A stretch of 64,000 nucleotides of DNA from Eledone cirrhosa (GCA_964016885.1 OZ024740.1:344844001-344908000), one strand, 5' to 3'. Counted from the stretch's first letter, positions 28,558 through 45,263 are shown. Made by a program: numbers and translations. The notes: generated by a model not told the origin, from the letters alone.

Positions 28558-31500
28558 CTTAAAATTTAAACGGATTTTGGGTAATTTTTACTTACAATTT
28601 AAATTACTCAGTGAAATTCTTCTTGGAACCTATGTACCAAGAACCTATGTACCAAGATTATTACATTACACAAATCCACCCACCGCGTTGAATAGGTTAA
28701 CCGGTAACCTGCATTCTTTATTTCTGATATTCATTTCAAACAAGCGTGAATTAGCCCATGTAAAATGCATATATATATATATATAGTTACTCCTATATAT
28801 ACTCCTATATAAAGTTACTCATATTCTTCATCTCGACTTTTATTCTTAATCCTTTTACTTTTGACAGTCTACTCATATATATACAGAGATGAAGAATAGG
28901 AGTAACTTTTTTTTTTACTCGAATTTCATTTAATTTTATTTTCTTTACCAAAGCGTTTTCAATTTATTTCATGCCAAAAGTAGATGTTATTATCACATTT
29001 TATGTGAAAATATGAAAACTTGTTTTACAAATCAAAGACGTTCTTTTAAAACATTATAAAGTTTATATTATTCAAATTATGCAATGTTGTTATGAAGTCA
29101 TTGTAAGATTTTATTATGAAGTTGTTCTCAATTATTTTTTCTATTGATATTGTAAAACTGTTATGAAAACCGTATAAAAGTTTGTTATTTGGAAATATAA
29201 TTTTATAGAATAACTTTCATTACATTATTATGAAAAATATATAAGAAATTTAATCTGAGGAGAATATCAAATTTAATTTGAAATCATTCCAATTTTTTTA
29301 TTTCTATGGCAGTTTAATATGAATATATTATAACATATTTTCAACCGAAAAATTTGTTATGGTGACATTATATTATATCAATATGAAAACTAAAAAATCT
29401 TACTATATTATAATTTGTTATGAACACATTATGAAATACATTTGAAGAAATTGTTGTTATGAGAGATTATTATGAAAACATATCAGTTTATATAGTCATT
29501 GTAGAATATTTTAATGGAAATATTATTAAATTATCTACGAGATAATTATATATACAACTTGGTATGAAGGCGGGACTCTTTATCAAATTGAGCAGCAACA
29601 ACGAAAAGGTTAATACTGATGAACACAAATATATAATAAATAAAATAGAAACAGATTTATATATAGTCTCAGCTCAATTTATTTTGAGCAACAAATGTAA
29701 TTGTTTTGCTTAAAAAAAAAATAAACAAATCCTTCTTTCTGTGAGGTTCGTTCATTGTTAATCTAACATTATTGATGTTTCTCTATATTGATGTTGGTAT
29801 AGTTAAATGTTTCTTTACTATTCTTTTTTATTATATATTGCTCATACCAAGTTTGTTATAATCTAACAGTAACTATACGATTGTTTTTGTTAAATTATAT
29901 GTTTACGATTTCTATTTATTTATTTAACTCAATTGATTGTTTGTATACTTGTTTGTAGTTAAAACGAAAGAAAGTGGAGAGAGTGTGTGAGCATTCGAAA
30001 GGGATTAACTGAAAAACAGATATATACAGATATTGAGAGAGATACAGAGAGAGTGAAAGCGCTAAACATATATTATTAACTAGTGAAGATTTACATTAGA
30101 GCATCTGTGCTGTCAAAATCCATTTAAATCAGTGAAAGATGTTTGTCTTCTTCAACAAATGTCATCTTAAGCAGGAAGAAAAGCAAACAATTCAAATACG
30201 TCCTTATTAATATATATGTGAGTGAAACATATTCTCCCTAGTCTTGTGATTTATCCCTACTTTTATTTCTTCTAACTTTTGGTTATTTTGTTTTTATTCT
30301 CTCCTATCTTTATGTCCTATCTTTAACAATTCTATATTGATAAATCAGTTGGACTGTACCTATCCTCCATTGCTATATCATCTTTCGCTTCTTTCAAGAG
30401 GATTTTAAGAGTACGACTATGGCAGTGATGAATCTTGTGAGAGAAAGAGAATGTAGCAAACTGTGTGTGTGAGTGTTCTCACATGCGTTCGAGAGCGTGT
30501 ATGAGTTTGTGTATTTGTGTGTACATCATATTGAGTGTTTTTGTATGTACACGAGCGCCAGTTAAAGTGTCCGTCAGTGAGTCAATGCGTTTTATATTGA
30601 ATTTTATATTTCAGATAGAAATACGTTAGAATTTTTACTTCCATCCCCCGGGGCTCTGAAATATCACAGGGAGTGACTTTCGACACCCATTAATATATAT
30701 ATCGGTAAAATAATTACTAAAATTCGCTAGGGTCAAATAAATCTAAATATATATCGACCTTGTGCGTATGGAAGAAATTACAAAATTATTCTGTTCATTC
30801 TTGTGTGAGTAGAAGAGAGAACACCCGTATTCCCACGATTCAAAGTTGAAATATCTTCAACACGGAGCCGATTTCCAATGAAAGTATTCGGACGACATTA
30901 ACGTAAATTGGTAAAATCACATGTAATACTTTTTAGTTAAGACGTTCGCCTCCAAGCTACGTGGCTGCTTTTTGGAATCCTTTGCATAGAACAATGAATT
31001 CATCAACGCCTTGTGAGGTGAGTTTGGTTGACAATATCTTTGCAGAAGTTCGTCACCTCTCCATATAAACTATTTCTTATGTTCTCTTTCTTTTTCCATT
31101 CTTTCTCTTAATTTCCACGTATCTCACCAAACAACCTCTTGGTTCATCATATTGTCCGGGACGTTAAAACAGAGTAATAATTCAGGATCATGGGTTGGTG
31201 AAATTTTAAAACTGTTTGACGAGATGTCTTGCTGTGTTATGTCTCTTTATGTTGTGAGTTCAAACTCCACATTAATGTACTTGCCATGCTAATGCACATG
31301 GTTAGTAGACAGTAGATTATAATTTAAATGAAATATGACTATTTGTTGCAGTTCCCATGACGTATACAGAGCTACCCAACCTAATTAAATCTGGAATAAT
31401 TACCATTAGACGGAATCATTTTTTAGCACAATTAAAAATAGATTTATCCATAGCAACTCATCCATAGACAGATTCCACGTCACTCCTTCTATCAAAACAT

Positions 31501-32139
31501 ATTGGGATAAGAGACTAGTTTGAATAAAGAGAGAGAAACAATCAGAGATAGGCAGAGACGAACTGTAGCATTTGCCCACAGTTTTGTTTTTATTAGAGGG
31601 AGTGATGATGGTTATGGTGATGATAATGACGATAGTGATATTCATGATGTTGGAGATCACAGTTGTAGTAGTAAGAGGGAGGAGTTGCCAGTTGTTCTCT
31701 CTTGTAGGTTGGTCATGGTGGTGGTCTTGGTCTCAGCTACTGTGGAGATATTGATGCTGCTGAAGAAGATGATGCTGATTATGTTGATGTTAGTGTCAGT
31801 TGTCCTCGTTGTGGAAGCTGTTTCAGTAGGGATGCAAGTGGTTGTAATGATAGTTGTGGGGGTAATGTAAGTAGTGGTTGTGATAGAAATGATGATGATG
31901 ATGGAATTGTCAACAAGATAGGGAAGATGTGTCTATCGAAGCTGAAATCATCAAAAGGTTCATACAGAATCAACACCAACATAATCCTTTCGTTTGGAAA
32001 CTAGATACGCCTAAGATTTATTCAAGGAAACCTTTCGAAATTTCCCGTCTTATATGACCTCTACGTTCATAGCCAAGAATATGATGGTCAAGGCTGTCTA
32101 TCGCTATCATCACGAACACTACCACGGCATTCGCCATTA

Positions 32140-32357
<218 letters not shown>

Positions 32358-32959
32358 ACACCGACAACGAAAACAAAGAATTTCCTGTCGGAAAATACAA
32401 GCTGATATCCCAACAAAATTATTCATTTAGACACAAACACGTAGGGGTTCATTGGCTTATACAATATATGCTAGCAAGTAGCTCCTAAGCAGAGCTCGTG
32501 TATTTTGAGAGAGATTAGGCTACTCTTTCTAGCTACCATTTAGTGACCTGCTCTTTTGTCATATATATATATATAAATATATGTACATACAGATTGATAT
32601 AGAATGATACATACATAATATATCTTTAGTGTGGGGCAGTATTGGCTGTTATTTCTACTATGTCTACCTACCTTGTAGAGGCTCAACCACACTGGCCTAT
32701 ACAATATATACCAGTAATCAGTTCCTAAACTGAACTGTTTGGTGTACTTGTGTATCGGTTGGTGCTCTGCGAGATAATAGTAGTTCCATCGCGTAAGAGA
32801 ATGATTCGTAGGAAAAACCTAAATACGCCTTCAAAATACAAACGAATTTTATGAAATACCTATCTTTCAAATTTATATAAATGGTATTATTACACCTGTC
32901 TCAAATACATGTGTAATATAATACATATCTATCTAAAAGCCTTATGAGCACAATGTGGT

Positions 32960-33426
32960 AAACAAAATCCGAGAGGGTGACCACATTGGCAGAGATCTGA
33001 AGGCTATATTTTTTTATCTGGGGTGGTACACGAAATTCGTGATGGTGACCACATTTGTAGAGGTCTGAGCGCTATATTATTTATTGATCTGGTTTGGAGA
33101 CAAATTCCGTGGGGATGATTATATTTCAAGATGTCCGAACGCTATATTGTTTCTTGATCTAAGGTGGTAGACAAATTTCGTGAGGGTGAACACATTTCAA
33201 GAGGTCCGAAAGCTATATATATATTGCTCCGGTGTGGTAGGCAAATTTCTTGAGGGTGACCATATTTCGAGAAGACTGGAGGCTCTATATAATGATCTGT
33301 GGTGGTAGACGAAATCCATGAATGTGACTGTCTTTGGAGTGATCTGAACACTGCGGTGGTAGGCAAATTCTGTAAGTGTGACCACATTTCGAGAGGTCTG
33401 AAACTTTTGGATCTGGAGTGGTAGAT
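32960..33426. repeat. Degenerate minisatellite, unit about 68-71 bp, about 7 copies
   Basis: Recurring GGTGACCACATTT..GAGGTCTGAA.GCTATAT...TCTGG.GTGGTAGAC.AAATT. Confidence 0.85.
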
Positions 33427-33464
33427 GTAATCTGTCTGTCACTTAGTTTAACATCGCAAACAAT

Positions 33465-33570
33465 ATCCAATAGCACGTAACCAATTCCTGTTACGTCGTA
33501 GCCTCGAAGTGAGAGAGGGAGAAGGTAATGACGTAATTTAAAATGGCCAAGTGTGGGTTATAAAAAATTA
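33465..33570 (+). promoter_or_regulatory. Candidate RNA polymerase II promoter
   Basis: Two CCAAT boxes, CRE-like TGACGTAA, YY1-like AAAATGGC and TATAAAA within about 100 bp of unique sequence. Confidence 0.3.
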
Positions 33571-34820
33571 ACGTTTACAGGACAACAGTAATAAATAGTC
33601 CTTAACTTTTTTACATAAACTTTTCTACATAATGTTTTTTTACATTATGTTTTTCACAAAAACCAAGGGATATTACAAGCAACGCTTGGACCTTTGGTGA
33701 TATTAATAAAGTCCATTCTTTTTGCAGAGAGGTGCTTTTTAACTGAGCATAACACCTTGCTTCAAGGCTACGTGCGCTGGAGTCTCTGACAACTGTTAAA
33801 ACACAATAGTACGCAATAGTATTTTTTTATAATTACACTCTATCTATAGACTATAATAGTGTTTTTTATTTTTAATCTTCTGAGTTGTTAGTTGATAGAA
33901 TTTTGATGATAGGATTTACCCTATAAATTTTGAACGAATATAGACTTCAAAATTCTCTCCAAAAATAAGCCCTGGCATTGTTCTTATGTTGATGTACAAT
34001 ATAAGCCCTATCCTGAAAAAAAGCCCTAGCGCATTTTTGCAAGGAAAATTAATATAAAAAATAATATGAAACGCAGACTTCCAGAGTATTGTTGTTTACT
34101 AACATAATGAATTATTTTAACGATATTGGTTTTAACTTTATAATATATATCCTTTATTTTTGACATCTGTATAATGATATTTTATCAAAACTCTTGCGCT
34201 GTTATTGTTTGTGTAAAGATATAAACCCGACCAGGAAACTAAGCCCCTTTTTTGTAGGGAAAAATAATACAAAATAATACAAAACTTGTCTTAGTGAAAC
34301 AAGGTAGCTTTCTGTTTTTCACTCAAACAATATGTCTAAAACGCCTTTCTTGTAGACGAGTGTAAGGATTAAAATTTACCGACATAATTAAAGTTTAGTA
34401 CTCGCTACATCTTGAATTTTTGTTCAAATAACATTCTATTCTTAGTAACATATATTTCAAAATAAGAAATAAAATGAGTGTCTGCAGTTCTGTTTACATG
34501 CCAACACCAGAGAAAGAATGATGGGGTCATTCTACTGACACAGCTTTAAAGAGGCTCTTTGCATGATATTGCAAACGAATCAAATATTATTAATAATATT
34601 GAAAAAATCTGATTACATTTATATATATAGATTTAATATAGAAAGGCTTCTACAGGACTAGAACAGTTTCATTATCTATAATATTAAGGATACTATTTCT
34701 AGTTATGTATATTTTAAACCATAAACAGGGAAGGTCAGTAGTTTATTACTACCTTATTACCAGTAAGATAAATGGCTCAATGTAATAACATCAGTTTTTC
34801 TACAGAGCAGTTATATAGAA

Positions 34821-35257
34821 TTCACAAGAATCAAAGCTATGTTCAAAGCATTTATTCACTTACAATTGTTTCATCCAAACCTAGGCTTAGAGTCTTCGGA
34901 GCATTTTTCAATGTTTGTACATATAATTGACCTCCTATCCAACTCAGGAGACATACAGATACATATATATATATTGAGTGACATATATTATACTATACTA
35001 TATTTGTACAGCAATGCAAATTCAAAATCAACATCAAAACTAAAATTAAGATTAAAATGCATTCGGCAGATAACACAGATAATGCAAGAGGTTAGTTTGA
35101 TAGTCAGATCTAGTTTGATAGTCAGATCTCTTGCGTTGGATAGGAGGTCAATTATATGTACAAACATTGAAAAATGCTCCGAAGACCTCAAAACTAGGTT
35201 TGGATGAAACAACTGTAAGTGAATACATGCTTTGAACATAGCTTTGATTCTTGTGAA
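34821..35257. repeat. Inverted repeat with about 123-bp arms, each carrying an HHR-like motif (family F)
   Basis: Arms 34821-34943 and 35135-35257. TGCT-CCGAAGA-C-TCTAAGCCtaGGTTTGGA-T-GAAA-CAATTG-TA-AGTG at 34857-34903 (-), with a variant at 35175-35221 (+). Confidence 0.8.
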
Positions 35258-35264
35258 CTCTCTG

Positions 35265-35372
<108 letters not shown>

Positions 35373-35426
35373 TACATATATATACATACTTACGCACACA
35401 CCCACACATCCACACACACGCACACA

Positions 35427-35460
<34 letters not shown>

Positions 35461-37339
35461 TATATATGGGTGTATGTGCGTGTGTGTGTGTGTAGGTGCC
35501 TTACACACTTTCAAATGAAACAAATTTCAAAGATAAGGAAATATACGCCGGAAATTTAGTAATCCTTAATTTGTTTAGTTTTATCAGCATTATTTCTCTG
35601 TAGGAGTTAAAAAAGACCTTACAAGAAGCTGAGATTTGTTGCTGAAAAATATCGCACTTGACCGTACGCAACACACTGGTCTGACTAACAAAGAATATAA
35701 CTTTGATCATTTATGTTTTTATCCTGTTTGGTGTATTGCACATAGTGTTTAGCTAGTTTATCCTGAACTGATCCTGAACAATTAAATAATCCTTTATAAA
35801 AATGGGACTATGTAATGAGAACACCTTGTCTGATTTTTATTGCAGAAATCGAAGAGCAGGTATAAAGAGAAGGTAACCAAGCAAACTATGAAATATGTAT
35901 GATCCTTAACGAGAATACTTATTTATATATTCATGTTTGTCCAATAAGGGATATATGTTAAATATCTCGTTGCGGATATCTTCCATGCGAGTAATTCAAC
36001 AGCAACAAGAGTAACTGCCTTGGAATTAGTAATTACAACGTCTATTGAAGAAACAACCACACAATAACGATATTGATACCAATCGTAACACCAACTACTT
36101 CACCCTCAAAAGACATGCCGTAAATAACCACTCAGAATAAACATAAATAACTTTAAACAGTCGTTAGTGCAGCAACAATGATAATGAATGTGTGATAGCT
36201 TCACCTAAAACAACAAGGTCAGCAATTATATAACCATTAGCTACAATAAAAACGAAATAAGGTTAATAACAACAAAACGTTCTTTAAAATAAGTAAAAGT
36301 GAATTTTACATTGCAGAAACAGTAGTTAATTTTCTTTAAACAGGGGTTTAGTAAGTAGTTCCTGAATTCTATGGAAAAACAATAAAGAACGAAAGTATTC
36401 TGTAATTTATTTTATTCAAGTTAAAAGTCATCTTTAAAAAAGATTTCTTGGACGTGAGAAAAATAACCACAAAGCTAAATAAATAAGTAAATAAATAAAT
36501 AGATAAATAAATAATGGATTTACTTAAGGTAAAAATAAATTTAAACAAAAAAGAATGTTTGTAACAAAAGATTATAAATACATAAAGAAAATAAACTGAA
36601 CACAATACAAATACGTTCTCATAAAAAAGGCAAAATGAGAAAATTTAGAATCACATTTCAGAAAAGAAGAACACAGTGTCTCCTAAAAACGGCAAATGTC
36701 TGCCTATCGTAAATCAGACAAGGATAATAGAAGTTGGGTTTCATTAAAGCTAAAACTGTATTATTTTTTATGCTCTTAGGGGTCAGGTGGTGGAGTGGTA
36801 GTGGCTAGTTACTTTTGCTGAAAGTCGTTTGTTGTTTTTTGTTCTATTGATTTTGGGGGATCTAAAGCACATCGCTGAAAATCTCAGCTATCTGATTAAA
36901 TAAGAAGATTGACGATTGAGAGAATCCCAATATCATTGAAACTTTATCATTACAATTTTTTAAAGGGAACAACACCCTGTCTAAGGTCATTCTAGATCTG
37001 ATTTAAAAGCAAGATGTTAATTAGTTGTGTAATTTGTAGATATCTGAACACTCTGGACAAATCTTCAGTTAAGCAACATCAATTTGAAGAAACTATTTCG
37101 TTTATCATGTATCCCCAAATAATATAAAAATAGTATCACACCTGCAAAGAAGAACCTCTAGTCAAAGAACTTCAAAGACACATTCAATGTTTTTATATAT
37201 AGACAATTCAGCGTTCAAAGAAGAAATACAAATATTACTATTATGATCCCATAGAAATCAATTGAAATCCTCTTATGAAACAGACATATTAGAAATGAAA
37301 TGAATAATCATAGTGTCATATGCTTTACAAATATTTTAG

Positions 37340-37396
<57 letters not shown>

Positions 37397-37657
37397 ATGT
37401 GTGTGCTACAAGTAACCGGAAACAACAAAGAAACACGACAGTTAAATGAAGAAATATATTAGTTTAACGCTTGATATAGCAGGAAATTAATTTCTACGAT
37501 TCATACACTAGTCCTTCATCAAAGGAGAGAATGAAAAATAGAAAAAACGTTTTTGAGAAAACAACACGTTTTTATTCAATCATTCATTTTCTGGTATATT
37601 TGTAAACGTCGTGATACATTGAGTATGTCAATTTTATTTTTTGCAAATTAGATTTTG

Positions 37658-37852
<195 letters not shown>

Positions 37853-38609
37853 TATATATCTGTGAGTGCATGTGCGTGTGCGTGTGTGTTTGTCTGCGTG
37901 TGTGTGTGTGTGCATGAGTAATACATAGATACAAGTTTTTCTACGCATTTTATGTGTAAGCATCTTTAAAAGTTCCATTAGGTAATATATCTGTGAACAT
38001 ATACAATATGTGCTCAGCTTTGCTGCGTGTATCTATCTATTTACTTTATGATGAAACAAATGATATTTTGGCCAAGTAGAAGCATTAGGATTCTGAATAT
38101 GTCCATCCAAAATAATGAAGTTCTTAGAAAATTAGTTCCAAGGAAAGTTAAGTCATGAAAAACATAATGACTGAAATTACTTCAATATAGGAAAATCTAT
38201 GAATATACAAGAGAGTAGGAAACGTTTGTGAATGAATGTGTGTGTGAATGTGTATGTGTGTATGTTTGTGTGAATGACGTGCGCATATTAACATGCTATA
38301 GTACATTATAAAACGTGCACAATTGATGGATGAATTATGGCTGCAATCTTGTTCGAGTAATTTATATATAGACATTTATGCATGACATAATATACATTGC
38401 TAACACCGTTCAAAACTGAGCTCCATATTAAAGTAGATAAATCCTATTGCCAGAGATGTGAGTGCTGCGATCACTTATATGTATATTAATTTAGCATACA
38501 AAGTAATCATAGTGAAGCAAATGCATGCACACAGTGAACACAACACACACACGCGTGCGCGCAGCTACCCGCACCCACACCCACACACATATATATGAAG
38601 GAAGAAGTT

Positions 38610-38795
38610 GCGGTAAAATACCAGGCGGACATTAACGCATCAGAGTACTCGCTACTTAGGGTAGTAGAGTAGGTAATATAAAAGGATTCAGGACACCGGC
38701 GTCTGAGCTCCGGCAGTTTAGACAGCTAGATCCGGACTGGGATCTAGCTGTCGTAACGGCAGGAGCTCAGCCGTTGGAGTTCATGAATCTTTTCA
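38610..38795. repeat. Family E terminus folded back into a hairpin
   Basis: AGAGTACTC..TACTTAG..TAGTAGAGT is shared with about 20150-20240, 22584-22680 and 25110-25200. Hairpin GACAGCTAGATCC / GGATCTAGCTGTC. Confidence 0.7.
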
Positions 38796-38821
38796 TATAT
38801 ATATATATATATATTAATAAT

Positions 38822-41258
38822 AATATATTTGAAGACTAATTTCCAAAGAGGGCTCGATAAGGATAAATATATATCAAATATATAAGAACCGTAGAGCAAA
38901 TATTTATTAAAAGTTGAAGCAAAGAACCACTTTATTAAAGTTTAAGCAAAGAACCGCTGCTTTCATAGTTCGTGGCAACGTTTCCTGGTAATGAACGGAA
39001 TAAACGAAGGTACTACGTCATTATGTGGAGCGAAAGAGAAAAATTACGCGCAAAGACAAAACCACGTTTATGGTATAACTGAAGTCGTAGATTAAAATTC
39101 TATTTCCACAGATGGTGTGTTAATATCTGTATACAACAACTACAACGCTAGAATAATGTAAATAAATTACAGAGGTTACCGAAATCAACAATAATTAAAT
39201 ATATACATGCACGCATCCATATACGTACATATACGTACACATGCTTACGCGAAAACACCCGCCATGGGTATGCAAATACAGGCACGTACGCAAAAATCAC
39301 GCACACACATACAAAAACCCACGCAACGCCTGTACCCGTAGACATACGAACGTGTACACCAAATACACATATAATATATATATATATGTTTGTGTGTGCG
39401 CGCGCGTATACATATAGTTATAAAAACGTATATAAATAGACACACATAAATACGTATATAAAGCGCGCACACACATACCTACATGTAAAAACAGATATGT
39501 TCGCTAAACATACGTCAACCAAAACACAAAATACACATATACTCACACCCTACATACGTGCAAACCCGCATATACACACAAACGCAAAACTCACGTATAC
39601 AGATAACCATATACACATGTACCAGTATATATAATATAATATATACGCCTTTAACAAATACAAGCCAATATACGTACGGGAAAGTATACGTACCTTCTCA
39701 AAACATACAGGTTATATATACTTACCTATACAAATAAGTAATGGTATAAACATAAAATGTACTTAGCTACCACATCAAGACGTAAATTATCGGAAAGTAT
39801 ACGTAGCTTCTCAAAACATACAGGTTATTTATACTTACCTATAAAAATAAGTAATGTAATGAACATAAAATGTACTTAGCTACCACATCACGACGTAAAT
39901 TATCCGCGTATAGTTCGTACTATCCGTTTGGGTATAATGTGGGGCTGTAATACAGGAAGGTTTTGTGCAATTTATGTTTACAAGCCGAAATTGCCTCAGA
40001 TTGTTTGTTTAACATGTGGTCATTGGCGTAGAGTATATCCAGGGCTTCAGCGGCGCAAAGGTCACATGGTCTTTTATTTCCGTTATACGATCTAGCCTTT
40101 AGCTAGGATCTCCCAGTGTAACCTATATTGGGTGTGGTCGTCTTTTAGACTCCAGATATAAGCTGAAAGTGACGTCATATTCCTTCTTAAAGGGTTAAGA
40201 AAAGAATGTGTATGCATGTAAAGACGCTGCTACAATCTATTAGCGGTTAACCCTATGTAGGCCCTACGGGACGTGGGTGTTTCAACCTTACATTTGTAGA
40301 CAATGTTACCTGAGAGGCATTTCCCGGATAGGGGGCAGTCAACCCGATTCCTACAATTACAGTTAGTACTAGATACAGGGTTGCACGTGTTCCTACGGCT
40401 AGGTCATTTAGCTAAATTTGAACCAGTGATGTTATGTGCAATGCTAGGAGTCGTTTGTAGATAGACGGGAAAGCCTCAAAGAAACGTTTCTTACCAGGTT
40501 CTTGGTTATGCTGGCAGGATGGTTAGAATACTTACTTATATAATTAAGCGTATCATTCCGCTTTCTATACGGGTAGTGCAAGCCATTCGACAAATTGAGA
40601 GTAACTTCGAGGTAATTAACGACCGAGAGTTTGGCCTCAACCTGTATGGAGAGGTTGAAGCCTTTAAAGAAGTCTGTGAGTTCTTTACTGAACCTGTCGC
40701 AAGCGCGTGGACCGCGCTTTGTCGTGGTCAAAAGACTGTCATCACGGTACAAATCACAACCCACGTTGGGGGAATTCTTACTTGATAGAGAAAAGAAGGA
40801 AAAGGCCGATAAAATCAGTAACCTCCGCAGAATCGCTGGCGCCCATACTCACGTCGAATGGGGTATTATTAGATTTTTTTATCCAAATAGAGTCGTCTAA
40901 ATTAATCCCCGACTTACGGGCATTGAGAATGACATCAACTTCGAAATCCTTAACCAGCGTGAGCGTTTTAGCGAAATTGATAGCTCTAAGAAGAAGTGCT
41001 AAAGTGATGGAGGAGCAGTAATTATTGATGTGGAATTGGATAAAACGGCAATGTTCCTTGTTACATATGCCGTTGAACCAATCAATCACCGACAAAGAAT
41101 GGTTCCACAATGCAAGAGGGGCCAAGCTTCTAATTTCTAATTTCAGGTATAGTTCTATCTAAAATCCTTTTACTAAGTCTACCAAAATCGGATTTCGTAG
41201 GGTTAATGAGCCGAATAGAGGGGTTGTTCGCGAAATTGGATTTGTGATCATTCAGGGT
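38822..41258 (-). mobile_element. Degenerate, 5'-truncated Penelope-like element (RT plus C-terminal GIY-YIG; Hydra-type RT motifs, tentative)
   Basis: [45 protein letters not shown] and SNHP motifs, then CNCRNRVDCPLSGKCL..IVYKC..YIG near 40360-40250. Multiple stops and frameshifts. A 113-bp direct repeat lies at 39679-39905 in the 3' region. Confidence 0.85.
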
Positions 41259-41288
41259 AAAGTATATATACACACACACATACACACA

Positions 41289-41408
<120 letters not shown>

Positions 41409-41921
41409 AGTGTATATATATATATAAAAATATATATATATGCATACACTTATATATGTACACACACACACACATACACAGACATATATGTATACATATT
41501 ACATTTAAAGTTTCATATATTTAATATGCACCTTAGGTTTCGGTGTCCAGTTATCGGGACCTCTGTTATAGTGTAGATACAGCTTCAAGACTGGCATCGA
41601 ATCAGGCGTTTGGGGAATGAGAGGGCAGTTTTTATGCCGCTCTTTAAATATACATTGGTGGACATAACTGGACACTGAATCACAATATCTCGCACATAGG
41701 CTTGTGTATGAAACAATAAATATACTGAATAAGGTCTCATGCAATACATCGAGCATTGTTTTCCTTTACCTTTTATCTACGCCTATATATGTATGGTTTA
41801 CGAATGTATACCTCAATATGTGACGTCAATTGAAATTTAAGTTTTTGTGGCCCTTGTAGATCAAGCACAGAAATTCCTTAGTATTTTCCCCCCATCCCAC
41901 ATGCACATGTAAATGTCTATT

Positions 41922-41953
<32 letters not shown>

Positions 41954-42039
41954 TGACTCTGTGTGTGTGTGTTTGTGAATGTATATATATATATACATAT
42001 ATAAAAATACATATGTATATATACAAGTATATAAGTGTG

Positions 42040-42096
<57 letters not shown>

Positions 42097-42465
42097 ACAG
42101 ACACACAGACACACACACACACGCACACACACATATATATATATTGATATACATATATATATATATAACACGTCAAGCAAGAATACTATATTCCACCAAT
42201 AGTTGGCATGCTTATGTCGGCAGTAAATTCCATCATTGTTTCGGTATCTGAGGCAGGTGTTTGTTGCCAGTTGAGAGTAGAGCGTTAGTTGGTTCTTGAC
42301 AAGATATTGTCATCTCCAGTTTCCACTCTGTTTTATTGGTTAACTATATTGCTTAGCACACACACAAACATGTTCATAAACGTACATACACCCAAACAAT
42401 CTCAAATATAGACCGTATGTATGTTTATATATATGAAAAACAAGGTACCCTGGATGATTTGTATA

Positions 42466-42505
<40 letters not shown>

Positions 42506-42531
42506 CATACATATATATACGTAAAAACATG

Positions 42532-42585
<54 letters not shown>

Positions 42586-42633
42586 ATGAAATACTGTTGG
42601 CTTCTTGCTAAAACAATTTCTATACCTTTCATT

Positions 42634-42691
<58 letters not shown>

Positions 42692-42968
42692 TATGTATAT
42701 ATTTATATATACATATATATATCATTATATACTATGTATATATGTCTTTCTATATATAAATATGTGTGTGTGTGAGTGCGTGTGTATGTCTGTGTGTGTG
42801 TGTGTGGTTGTGTATGTCTGTGACTATATTCATGTCTGTCTTTGTGGGCGCAGAATTAACAAATATGTAAATGTGTAAGTCTTTCAATTATGGATATGCA
42901 CATATATAATACACACATATATATATATTTTATATATATATTTATATATACATATATATATACATATA

Positions 42969-43074
<106 letters not shown>

Positions 43075-43441
43075 CATGTACATATGTATGTAAGACAGTC
43101 ATGTGCTAGCACCTGGTTCAAAATATCTTCTCATTCTTGAACTGCTCGCCTAGTATCGTTCATGTCAGTTAGCCAAATACTGAGCTGTCTGATATTTCTA
43201 GATTTGAGTCTCTGCCGCCAACGAAACGACAAGCAACATCTGTATTCAGCTTCTATTTTTTTCCTTTTCACTGTGTAAAATCTGACAGACATATCCTCGT
43301 TAAGGTTTCTTACGATATCACAAAATGCCAAATTCTAAGAGATGTATAGATAAATTCTTGCTTCATAAAGTCTATATATATGTATGTGTATATATGTGCG
43401 CACGTGTGTGTATTAGTGTGCATGCGTGTGTGTGTTCGTGT

Positions 43442-44269
<828 letters not shown>

Positions 44270-45114
44270 AAGCGACGTCGAAGGAGCCACTTGCGTCATG
44301 GGTGATATAGTAGTATTGGCAACAAGTACACAACTCCGTGTTCATTGGTCGTCGAAATGGACGTACAGAGTTTCGACTTTCATCGATAGTACCTCTTGTC
44401 CCTTTGGTTCGTCACAATCTCTGACCCGTAATTAGATACATTCCTTGGCGTGTTAAGACAAATACAAGACCTAATCACTCTGACTATTAGAAATGACGCT
44501 AACTTTCCTTATTCAAATCACTACAGTCTTAAAAATAAAAGACACATTAGCTAATAAAATCTAAGACATATGCGAATGGTCGTATAAGTAAGATTTGTTT
44601 GAAAGTTCATTCTCATGTTTCAGCTCAATCACAGGTTGGTCTGAGGATAAACAAACGCAACATAATTAATAGAAAATAAATAATATCTATTTTTCACCTA
44701 AAACGTTTGTATACATAGACCAATGTACTCTCTTCCAAACATCTAGGGCCTCTGAAATATTGGTTACGCGTATTTGAGCACCATCATTATTCACATGCTA
44801 TTTTATGGGACAGTTTGTTATCATTTACTTAGCAAAGCTTTTGTTTTTATTTCAATGGAAATGCATGCGACTGTTCAGATTTTGTTTCTTTTATTTATGT
44901 TTACAACTTCCTGTGTGGTAAGACTTACTTGCTATCTTAAGATCAAAGAGGTCTGTTAATTATATAATATGCATTGACAAAATGGCGAATGGTTAAACAA
45001 TTTTACAATACCCATGTCAAAAAACGTTTGGAACTGAAAATAGGATTCTAGACAGTTTAAAACTATGGATAGTGCTTTGGCGCCGTCATATGAATTGGAG
45101 CAAGAAAGTTACAG

Positions 45115-45188
<74 letters not shown>

Positions 45189-45263
45189 GATTATTAATAT
45201 TCTTCAAAATAAAGTAAAAGTGCATGCATCTTTTTTTGAAACACACACACATACACGGCATGC

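Noticed and set aside
32960-33426. Regularly spaced repeats as a CRISPR array
   Set aside because: Whole units are homologous with no unique spacers, and the context is eukaryotic.
37485-37530. TTGATGAAGG...GAATCGTA HHR-like remnant on the - strand
   Set aside because: Several core mismatches and no stem II.
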